64,000 bases of DNA, from contig DXJO01000006.1 in assembly GCA_019057475.1 (NCBI GenBank), positions 194,327-258,326 on the forward strand. Direction: 5' to 3'. The stretch is from Candidatus Thorarchaeota archaeon. Its GTDB lineage: Archaea; Asgardarchaeota; Thorarchaeia; Thorarchaeales; Thorarchaeaceae. The notes under the pieces are model-generated. The model saw nothing but the letters and a program-made list of their open reading frames with translations, ran no database searches and was not told the DNA's origin. A program made the position numbers and the translations under genes. Below, piece after piece: positions 1 through 9,100 of the stretch (positions within the stretch are counted from its first letter, which is position 1; the number at the start of each line of letters is the position of its first letter).

Positions 1-10
1 TGTCATCTTT

Positions 11-1018
11 CTAATCCTCCGTTATTTTGCCATCCCAATTCATCATAATGTCACCCACTTCGGCAATCATTTTCAGTCCCTTGGGTTCCCGATCAAACAT
101 TGGGATTACTGCACAAACATAGTTGCCCAATTCCTTCTCGATTTGAACCAAGTATTTTTGCTGCATCTCTATGCGTTCACGTAGAAAGTCGCCCAGGTCA
201 TCACGCTTGAGAAGTTCCCGAGGATAGACCTGGTTGACAACAACCCCAGTAAGGGTGATGTCCATCTGCGCAAACATATCCAGCGCACGCCTGGTGTCCA
301 AGATTGCCATCTTCTCTGGGACAATGACCATGTAGAACGCTGTTCTCTTGCTATCAGTAAGGAGGTCCTGGAAAAAGCCAAGTTTCTTACGGATTTCCTG
401 CAGCTCGTTAAGCATCTCATCTTGACCGGAAGCTGCTCCCTTCTGTTGAATTCGGTATGCAGAATCACCGTATTCTTGGGCCATTCTTCGCGTTTCTTCC
501 ATCTTGTCAATCCACATATCTAGTATCCGCGCCATTGATACCATTCTGATTCCGTGACCAAATGGAGGCATATCAAACACGTAAAAGTCGAATTCCTGAG
601 ACGCTAGAAGACCTGCCATGGCGTCGTAGGTGGCTGACTCGTGCATCGCCGGTTCAGCTGCGGCTGCAGTTATGTACTCATCAATCTCTCTTGGAATCTC
701 ATCGATTCCGTACATGTCCTTGATCTTCTGGCGAATCTCTTCCTGAAAGATGGCTATTCGCTTATCAGCGTCTATCTCCATTACATACAGGCTCTCTTGT
801 AGCTCCTGTCTACCCTTCCCAAAGATGTCTTTCTCGAAGATATCGGATAGCGACGCCTGCGGATCGGTACTGAAGCAGAGAGCCCGCCGACCCTTCTTTG
901 CCAGCCAAGATGAGAGGGCAGCGCTGCATGTTGTCTTGCCCAATCCACCCTTGCCGGCGAACACTGCGATTTTCGTATCGTGATTAGATGAATAATAGTC
1001 ACTCATTTTCGAAGTCAT
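11..1018 (-). CDS. ArsA/GET3 (TRC40) family P-loop ATPase, single domain
   Basis: Deviant Walker A GKGGLGKTT, STDPQASLSD (switch I), DMPPFGH (DTAPTGH-like), VVVNQV. No CxxC motif. Confidence 0.92.
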   Translation of the reverse strand: MTSKMSDYYSSNHDTKIAVFAGKGGLGKTTCSAALSSWLAKKGRRALCFSTDPQASLSDIFEKDIFGKGRQELQESLYVMEIDADKRIAIFQEEIRQKIKDMYGIDEIPREIDEYITAAAAEPAMHESATYDAMAGLLASQEFDFYVFDMPPFGHGIRMVSMARILDMWIDKMEETRRMAQEYGDSAYRIQQKGAASGQDEMLNELQEIRKKLGFFQDLLTDSKRTAFYMVIVPEKMAILDTRRALDMFAQMDITLTGVVVNQVYPRELLKRDDLGDFLRERIEMQQKYLVQIEKELGNYVCAVIPMFDREPKGLKMIAEVGDIMMNWDGKITED

Positions 1019-1066
1019 AATGCCTCACCTCTAAGTATGAATGCTGGAACTAGTGGACCAGCTACC

Positions 1067-1369
1067 TTAGAACAATGCGTCAGTGAAATCACGTTCCTTG
1101 AATAGAGACCGTTTCCAGGTCTTGATATTCGGAACTGCATACGGTAACAGTTTCAACGAGTAGTACGGAGGAAGGATGGGAATACCCAACATGTCTCCCA
1201 AGGTGATGAGCATAAATAAGTGTTCGAGATACATACGAGTCTTCAAGGCGTACCGCGTCATACCTTGCATTGCCATACCATAGAAGAAGTCCTTCACAGC
1301 TTCCTTTGCACCGCCCCTTTTCTTATCAGGGGCATCCTTGTCTTTTTTTTTCCCCATAGGAACCACCAA
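1067..1369 (-). CDS. Small CstA/ArsA-associated protein (cory-CC-star-like), paralog 2
   Basis: Core LFMLITLGDMLGIPILPPYYSLKLLP; clearly paralogous to 1563..1871; lies between cstA and the ArsA-type gene. Confidence 0.75.
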   Translation of the reverse strand: MVVPMGKKKDKDAPDKKRGGAKEAVKDFFYGMAMQGMTRYALKTRMYLEHLFMLITLGDMLGIPILPPYYSLKLLPYAVPNIKTWKRSLFKERDFTDALF

Positions 1370-1562
1370 TTGGTCGAAAGCTGGGAAACCTATATCTGTT
1401 GTGATACTTTTGGCGCTGTGGAAATATCAACCTTGATGCATGAAACCAATAAATCTCTTCATGTTCTTGCGCTATCATGAGCATGTAGGACGCCATTAGA
1501 TGCTGGTATTCATGCTTTGAACTGGTTCATATTGGGGCGTTTTTCTGTAAGGTCTATGTTGC

Positions 1563-1871
1563 CTATTCAAACATTCTGTCAAGCATGTCCCGCTCCTTTA
1601 ATACTCGTCTTCGCCAAGAAAAAAATTGCGGAAGCAGGTGCACCAAGACTATTCGAGAGTAATATGTCGACAAAGTGGGGTACCCCAGCAGGGTGCCCAG
1701 GGTTATAAAGATTAGAGCATTGTCGTAGTGCGATTTCGTCTTTCTGAGAGGCTCTGCAAGACTCAGCTTCTGAGCCTGCCAAATGCCGGCTAAGATTGCT
1801 CTTATCGACTTAGTTATCCGCAAACGAGTGTCATCCATGTAACCTATAGAGCATCCGCCCAATAAACGCAT
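1563..1871 (-). CDS. Small CstA/ArsA-associated protein, paralog 1 (true start probably the second Met, MDDTR)
   Basis: LIFITLGTLLGYPTLSTYYSRIVL...WRRRVLKERD aligns with the neighbour's LITLGDMLGIPILPPYYSLKLL...WKRSLFKERD. Confidence 0.72.
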   Translation of the reverse strand: MRLLGGCSIGYMDDTRLRITKSIRAILAGIWQAQKLSLAEPLRKTKSHYDNALIFITLGTLLGYPTLSTYYSRIVLVHLLPQFFSWRRRVLKERDMLDRMFE

Positions 1872-1907
1872 GGGTCATGCGAATGAAGCTTCAAGCTTGA
1901 AGGCTGT

Positions 1908-1970
1908 AAAGGGAAAGAAAAAAGGGAATGCAGATCCGGCACCCATGATTGACACGGACACCGGATTGCA
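1908..1970 (-). terminator. Hairpin plus pyrimidine tract downstream of cstA
   Basis: tgcagatccgg (1929-1939) pairs with ccggattgca (1961-1970); followed on the minus strand by TTCCCTTTTTTCTTTCCC. Confidence 0.5.
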
Positions 1971-2017
1971 CTCGTTGAGAGGGACTTGAACGTCTAGGCT
2001 TTTCTGTTGAAATGCTC

Positions 2018-3799
2018 CTATGCTTCAGTCTCTCCTATTGGGCCACGTTTCAACGCCGCCCAAGCGTCCACGAACACCAATACTCCGAGTATGATCAGGA
2101 TGACTGTAATTCCAATAAATGTAACAGTCAACGCCTGAGCTGGCAAGATGTTCCCTGCTGCCGCCGCGTCTCCAATCCAGCTCCCAGCCCTAGCGTAGTA
2201 GTACGGCGCAGTGGTGAGCGCTCTTACGAAGACCCAACACTCCCATACGAGTGCAGCCAAACAGGTTACAATCATGAAGAGTGCAGGAATCAACGTGTAG
2301 TGCGTTGGCTTCTTGGCGCGTGCTAAGTAAACAGAACCAAGCATTAGGCAAAGACCTGCGAGCAGTTGGTTGCTTCCACCGAATAGCAGCCAAATGTGAT
2401 ACCAAGCACCAGTGGCCGCGAAGATGAATGCAATGAGACAACCAATGAAGGCGCCTATCCATTTATTCCTGAACAGCGGTGCGATTGGTGAAGTACCAGC
2501 AAGGTCAGCGGCTGCCATCCTAAAGAATCGCGGCATCAATTGCAGTACGGTGATGGCATACAGCTCCAGTACCATTGCAAAAAAGGCAATAAGAATCACG
2601 CTTGACACTGCTGACCCACCAAATAGACCTTGGGTAAGGATTGTGGCACCCACTGGGAAGTTGACGAACCATGCCGGGCTCAAGAGAGCGGGATCTATCA
2701 CGACGTAGGCGGACAGGGCTGACATCGCGAGTAGCCCCTCAACGAACATCGAACCGCCAGCTACAGGCAGAGCATCCACTTCAGACATTAGTTGCTTTCC
2801 GGTTGCGCTGCTGCCAACTAAGCTATGCCAGCCAGAAACAGCACCGCATGCAATAGCCACAAAGAGTATTGGCCATATCGGACCGTTTGCCTCGGTAAAG
2901 AGCGTGATGATTGGCGCTGTATGAACTACGACCGGATCTGCAGGGTAGAGCATCACTGTGAATGGACTTAGCAGCGCACCCACAATGATCATGATCACAG
3001 CCACGAAGCAGGGCCAGAAAGCCACGTAGTTTACCGGTTGTGCCCATTCAGTGATGGGCAATGTAGCTCCGAAGTACACAAGGATCAAGGCAACTACAAT
3101 CCAAAGCTCTACTGGTGTAGTAGCAATCCAGCCAAGAGCGGCTATACCTGCAGGTGCGGGTAGATAGAGCCACAATCCCAGCCAAATACCTACAACCATG
3201 AAGGCCAGCCCAACTAATGTCGAGATGACGATGCTTAGCTTCATTCGGTAGAGCAGGATTCCGCTAACGAAACCGCCTATGATAACCATAATTGTTGGGA
3301 CAATGCTCTGCGGAAACGCCCTGAAGAAGGCACCACAGATGTACGCAAAGACTGCCATAACCAAAATCAAGTAGAAGATGATAAAACCCATCAAACCCTT
3401 ACGGGCTCGAGCGCCGACCATTCGGTAACAGATGGGACCGAACGATTCTCCTTCGCTTCGAACTGTAATCATAACAGCTGTGTAGTCATGAATCCAACCT
3501 ATGAAGAATGTGCCGAATATTATCCACAAGACTGCTGGAAGCCAACCGAAGACTAATGCTATGAACGGTCCGCTGATGGGACCGAGCGCAGCAATAGATT
3601 TGAATTGGAACCCAAAAAGAACGCTCTTGGATGTTGGGAAGAACTCCACTCCATCCATATACATATGAGCGGGTGTTTTCACTTTTTCATCGGGCCCCCA
3701 CACGGTCCTATCTACAAACCTAGCGTACATCCAGTACCCTACTATGTAAATGACCAAGGCGACGCCGACAAAGATAGCCGGAGAAGTCACATATACCAC
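2018..3799 (-). CDS. cstA: Carbon starvation protein A (CstA) family transporter
   Basis: TPAHMYMDGVEFFPT, FKSIAALGPISGP, IACGAVSGWHSLVGS and WLLFGGSNQLLA motifs; many transmembrane helices. Confidence 0.95.
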   Translation of the reverse strand: MVYVTSPAIFVGVALVIYIVGYWMYARFVDRTVWGPDEKVKTPAHMYMDGVEFFPTSKSVLFGFQFKSIAALGPISGPFIALVFGWLPAVLWIIFGTFFIGWIHDYTAVMITVRSEGESFGPICYRMVGARARKGLMGFIIFYLILVMAVFAYICGAFFRAFPQSIVPTIMVIIGGFVSGILLYRMKLSIVISTLVGLAFMVVGIWLGLWLYLPAPAGIAALGWIATTPVELWIVVALILVYFGATLPITEWAQPVNYVAFWPCFVAVIMIIVGALLSPFTVMLYPADPVVVHTAPIITLFTEANGPIWPILFVAIACGAVSGWHSLVGSSATGKQLMSEVDALPVAGGSMFVEGLLAMSALSAYVVIDPALLSPAWFVNFPVGATILTQGLFGGSAVSSVILIAFFAMVLELYAITVLQLMPRFFRMAAADLAGTSPIAPLFRNKWIGAFIGCLIAFIFAATGAWYHIWLLFGGSNQLLAGLCLMLGSVYLARAKKPTHYTLIPALFMIVTCLAALVWECWVFVRALTTAPYYYARAGSWIGDAAAAGNILPAQALTVTFIGITVILIILGVLVFVDAWAALKRGPIGETEA

Positions 3800-3984
3800 T
3801 TCCTCTCTGAGAATGTCCCGTTATGAAACATCCCGAATTATGTGAGCGTTTTATAATACGAAACTTGACCTTAAGTCTAGCGGTAACTGGATTTCCATAG
3901 CTATTAGTGAGCAAATAACCACATTTAGCACAAGAATATGCTTTGGAGCAATAGGAAAATCAGCTGGAGAAGCTCTTTGCTGGC

Positions 3985-4647
3985 TCAAGACTCGTGTCCG
4001 TGGCACAGAACTGAATTCAATGAAGCAACTAATTTGTTAGCATTCTCAAGAATCATTTTAGAAGATTGTGACTTCCAAGTGAACGTTAGAAGCCTCCCGG
4101 TTTCTTCACAGGGAATGTATCCTTCAAGATTAGCAATAGGTATAGGTCGTCCTATAATCCCGAAACGGCGTCGATAACCGGTCCAAAGCGCATAGCTTCC
4201 AGCATGATTGCCTGCATGTAGTTCACCATGCTCAACGACCTCCCGATCCTTCTTTGTATGACGTGTTAAGAGGTCCTCGGGTGTAGGTGCAATTGGTCCT
4301 AGCTTCTGCAAGTCCACAACTACCCTCAATGTGAAGTCGAGGTTGGGTCTGCTCGCCCCATTTCGCTGACTAGAGATGAGACACTCAGTTTCCCCAGTTC
4401 CCACCCAAATCTTATTCTTATAGAGAAACCGATTAGTGACTAGGGGTTCGTCTAGCTGATAGCCGGTCATCCACGACTCAGGTACGCGAATGTAGTTGAA
4501 TAATGCACGGCCAAAGAATATGTTCCATGCTTCGATTGCGATCTCGCGCGTCCCATTGTCCTGCTTATTGGCATCGTTTGGCATGAATGCGCCCTCAATT
4601 GGTGATGAGCCCCTTGTTATATTCGTTGTGCAGTTCTCGGCTGCCAA
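3985..4647 (-). CDS. Hypothetical protein, possible PsbP/Mog1/DcrB-like fold (start probably MPNDA)
   Basis: Long ORF co-oriented upstream of cstA; RVPESW, CEETGRLL and C-terminal SLNSVLCH patterns. Fold call is tentative. Confidence 0.6.
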   Translation of the reverse strand: MAAENCTTNITRGSSPIEGAFMPNDANKQDNGTREIAIEAWNIFFGRALFNYIRVPESWMTGYQLDEPLVTNRFLYKNKIWVGTGETECLISSQRNGASRPNLDFTLRVVVDLQKLGPIAPTPEDLLTRHTKKDREVVEHGELHAGNHAGSYALWTGYRRRFGIIGRPIPIANLEGYIPCEETGRLLTFTWKSQSSKMILENANKLVASLNSVLCHGHES

Positions 4648-4675
4648 TTTCGTCGGATATCCTTAAAGGGAGGAT

Positions 4676-5407
4676 GTGGGGTCACGAGAACAACACTACG
4701 CAACTAGTTATCGCCTGAGGTTAGAGCTGATGCAAGACATTGAAACCGTTGGTCTCTACATCGTGATGGGACTTGGGGTTGTATTGATTTGGATTTGGAT
4801 GGCAGGCCGGATGTCCACCAAGAAACTCCGCAACAAGATTGCCCAAGACATTGCTACGCGCTTTCAATCGATAACCTCCAAGGTCAGTGTGAAGCTCCTC
4901 GGGAATACGGGAGTCAAGTTCGCACTTCACCAAAAGGCGAAGAGCTCATTCTCTAAGCTGGAAGCAACAGTCCTGCTCCTTGATCGTTCCAACGCATTCC
5001 ATATGCTCTATTGCAAGGTCCGCCATCGAACTGATCAGATTCAAATCCGAGGGAGTCTTAAGGAAAAGCCTGCTATCCGGGTTGAGATGGCATCTGCCAA
5101 CGAGAAGCAGAACTTGGATGATACACTTAAGGATCAAGCCAACAACCTCAAGGAGTTCAAGGTAGAGTACCTAGCTGAGTGGCTCTATATTCTCACAAAT
5201 GATACTGGGGATGGAGCTGATTTCTTCGACCAATCAGATGTAAGTGCAGCTTTCAAGGAAGCAGCACAATACTTGACCCGTATATCTATTGCTCCACGTG
5301 AACCTCACCTCTTTATCTCAGCGGTGCTTGTCCCACAATCTGTGGAGCCAATCGAGCGGCTTACTCTCTCCATCGCAAAAGGAGTCCGCAAGAAGAATAG
5401 AAAATAG
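4676..5407 (+). CDS. Single-pass membrane protein with CCDC47/DUF1682-like soluble domain
   Basis: N-terminal TM helix, then GRMSTKKLRNKIA...LEATVLLLDRSNAFHMLY...RTDQIQIRGSL. CDS is likely real; family call is an inference. Confidence 0.6.
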   Translation: MGSREQHYATSYRLRLELMQDIETVGLYIVMGLGVVLIWIWMAGRMSTKKLRNKIAQDIATRFQSITSKVSVKLLGNTGVKFALHQKAKSSFSKLEATVLLLDRSNAFHMLYCKVRHRTDQIQIRGSLKEKPAIRVEMASANEKQNLDDTLKDQANNLKEFKVEYLAEWLYILTNDTGDGADFFDQSDVSAAFKEAAQYLTRISIAPREPHLFISAVLVPQSVEPIERLTLSIAKGVRKKNRK

Positions 5408-5639
5408 GGGCAGAAGTTGTCCTTTGAGGACGATATCCCGGACAGCGATTCGCAGTCTGGTCTAATTCGTTGCAGAGGTTAAGGATGTGCTTCAACCCCT
5501 GAGTCTTGACTTGCTTCTTCTTCGGCTTATTCCCTTCTGGAGTGAGGGGACCGTTGTTTCTACCTGAGGTCGAGCTAGAGAAACCGATTCTTCTTTGTGA
5601 GATCATTGTCCTCCCCAAGCTCGACATTCAGGATATTCG

Positions 5640-6029
5640 CTATGTGTAGTGTTGTTTAGTTGCCGGTTGATGTAGATAGAAGATGATGAAGAGGCTTATG
5701 AGAGCGCCCCACCATTCATCGCCAACCAACCAGAGCGGTATTCCGATTATGTTCAGGATGAAAGCATATTGCCAGAACTTGCTCTCAATGTTATACAAAC
5801 CCAATGCAACCCACAGGCTAATCAATCCAAGAAGCAGTCCAATGCCTGCTGCTACGAGATTGATTGTGCCCCAGACTTCACCCTGGTACCATAGTATGGT
5901 ATCTGCGTAGGCGAGGTTTATGCCTCCGACTATGATTCCCGCTAGTCCATTTACAGCCACCAAGATACTTACCCAGGTTACTTCACTAGGCTTGCCTGAC
6001 GGCGTTCCAGTAGTTCCTTCTTCTGCCAT
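5640..6029 (-). CDS. Small multi-pass membrane protein, function unknown
   Basis: About four hydrophobic segments; GGAG upstream of the start. Confidence 0.75.
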   Translation of the reverse strand: MAEEGTTGTPSGKPSEVTWVSILVAVNGLAGIIVGGINLAYADTILWYQGEVWGTINLVAAGIGLLLGLISLWVALGLYNIESKFWQYAFILNIIGIPLWLVGDEWWGALISLFIIFYLHQPATKQHYT

Positions 6030-6166
6030 CGGTGTCTCTCCAAATTGGTCAGATTGGCTTTGCTGGGCGTCTAAAATCCTTTACTATTCCGTGAGGAGAG
6101 GTTCCTCTAGGGTTAGGGGAATGCTCGCTAAGCGAACAAGCCCCCGGTCTTTCCCCTGAGTTCGCA

Positions 6167-9100
6167 TCAATATGCTCTTCGCCTTCTGAGCACAACTGCT
6201 ACTATGATAACCACCACGACGACGCCCATAATGATGATTATGACAATGGTCATGTCAATGGGTGGGATAGGTGTGGTGGGTTCACTGACTGTGACGAGCT
6301 CTGTATCACTTGAAGAGAGTCCGTGCTCATCCGTCACAATCAAGGTATAGCTGTACGTGCCGGAATCTAGTCCATCAACTGAGATGGAAATTACTTCTGA
6401 ACTAGAGTTCCACGGACCCGATCTAACAACGGTGCCATCTATCGAGATCTCATAGCTTGCTGGAAGCGCGTCTGTTGGATGCCAAGTGATAGAGTTGCCA
6501 GTTTCGCCTAGCGTGTAGTTGATGTCTTCAGGATGGTCGATTTCTGGCGGCAGAGTGTCCTGAACACTTACAGAGAACGTGCCGCTCAATGTGTTCCCCA
6601 GAGTGTCGTTCACCCAAATATGCAGACCGTATGTTCCCTCTTCAAGGCTTACTATGCTGGTCACAAGACCATCTGCACTGACAGCGAAGCGAACCGTATC
6701 ATTCAGCCACCATGTGCTGATGCCCGAAGGATCGATTGCCGTCAATCCGTAGCTGAGGGCATGACCAAGCTCTACGTTCTGATCGGTGGGATCTTCAGCC
6801 CAGACTGGCGCAGTCGTGTCATAGGCAGGAAGGAGGTTGGTTTCGGTGATGTAGCCCTCCATGGGATTTAGTGGGTCATCCGACCTGATGTATACGAGCA
6901 TTCCTGTTGGTCGAAGAGCATACGCCGTCATCATGTGTTCCTCGTTGCTGAGAGTCCACACAGCATAACCTTCGTATATTGTGGATCCATCTACGAACAG
7001 GAGATCGTTCCACGCGAAGAACGGTGCGGCATCGCCCATGTCAGCGAACGAACCGATTACTTCTAGACTTTGTAGACCTGAGAAACAGAAGAAGTGCATG
7101 TGATCCCAGCCCATATCAGCAAATGGAATGTACCCATTGAGCACATTGACAATCATCCCGAATTCGCCAAGCATGATTGTCCCGCTTTCATTGTACAGGT
7201 GTATCGTCATCGAAACATTCACTTCAAACTCAGAGAGCCAATCGCCAAAGGTGAAGTTCATGTCCTCCGTGTACAAGTCTGTTTCAATACGCCAGTTGAC
7301 ATAGTCACCTGGATTCGGAAGGGCGATTGGAACCACATCAATGGAATCGACTGTGACCGTGGCATTGAGAGTTGTCAGGTCCCACCAGAATGCCATCAAC
7401 AAGATTGTGTTTGTACCATTCTGAAAGACTGGGACAATGAGATCCGAATTGCCCGTCGCGTTCCAGAGTGACGTTATGAATTCACCATTCACAAACACGT
7501 GAATTTCTTGTAGGTTCTCCGAATCTGAGGCGTCGAACTCAACGTACACCTGACCTCCGAAAACAGTCGCCCCAATGGTTGGCGTAACGATAAAGAAGTA
7601 CGTTCCGCCCACGCTCGGAAGAGCCGTGGCGACGTTGTTGCCGGTGAAGGGTTCACCAAGAACTGGTTCAGCATACGCAGTGATGTTGTAAGTCCTCATC
7701 TCAGTCGGTATCCAAGGATAGCTTAGCACATAGGACTCGTAGGAGTTCAACTGTGGGATGGTCACTGATGAAACCAGGGCGTCATCGATGTAGAGGCTGA
7801 ACGCAACGCCAACCTCGTCTGACGTTCCCAAGTTGGTTACTGTGGCGTCGATAATGAACAGAGTGTCCACGGGAAGTTCCGAGGGCACATTGAGAGAAAC
7901 TGCGAGGTCATGCTCGTAGGCATGATATGTGAATCTAAGAGCGAAATCGGTGACTCCTTCAAGATCGTCATCGAGATAGTTATTGTAGTGAATCCCGTCC
8001 CCGTGATTGAGTCCAACAGTTGCGGAGAATACATTCACAATCTCAAGGTAGTTGAACTGGATTAGGCCATCCGCATACAGTACAACCTCGAACGTTCCAA
8101 GAAGTGACCCTCCTAGGTGATCATAGTTGTCAAACTGTATTACCGCCCAGTCTGCGGTCACCCACGCATAGACATTGTTGTCCGCCCACAAATCATCCCA
8201 GAACGGAGCCAAAGCATATGCGAAGTCTGGGTCGGCCGATGGAAATTGCGGGTTGCTATACTCCCGCGGATCGGGGTTGCTGAAGGAGAGCCAACCGTTA
8301 CTGCTGATATAGACTGTATCAAAGGTCCCATCGTAGAATCTAAAGTTAAACGGTAGTGCAACACTGGTATACACATCATCACCATTGAGATACAGATTCT
8401 CGCCGTTGGCCTTCGCATCCAACCATGTCGCAGATCCTTCCTCCATTGTGTAGTCATGTAGCTCACAGATTGAAACCAGCCGTGTGGCAGCATTGTTCCC
8501 GGTATTCTCATCATCTGGCTTAGGCGCGACGTAGGCAGTCACATTGTATGTGCCTTCAAGAGTCGGTGTCCATAAGTAGGAGAGTGTCTGGCTAGTGCCA
8601 TTGGCGAGCTCAGAGATGAACAATGAGTCGACCTCAATGTCGTCAATGAAGAGCTGGAGCAGAACATTCGTTTCAATATTCAAGCCAGTGTTGAAGGCCG
8701 TAGCATTCAGCAAGACTGAGTCACCTGGGCTGAGGCGCTCTGGTGCTTGAAGACCAGCAGCCAAATCATGGTCATAGATGATGGGAATGTGCAGTAGGAT
8801 ATTCTCAAGGATGCGACTGCTACCGTTTTCAAAACCATATTCTAGGGTCTGTGTGGAAATAACTATAGCTCCGGCACCAAAGCGAAATTCAATAAGCGCT
8901 GGATAGTCGGGTTCAGCCACAAGAATGATGTCTGCTCCTGCAGGAATGCTGTCAAGATAACCGTATACTGACCACCACCAGTTATCCAACTCCGCATCAG
9001 TGATCAGATTAGGGTTCAACAGTATAGGATGTACGGGGTTGACAATACTCACCACATCACCGTAGAACGCAACATAGGTAGGTCCACCAGGAATCATGCC

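Noticed and set aside
11-1018. Arsenic-resistance operon
   Set aside because: No arsB/acr3, arsC or arsD nearby; single-domain ATPase in a cstA context.
5361-5627. 88-aa ORF
   Set aside because: Overlaps the end of a convergent gene, has atypical composition and no motif.
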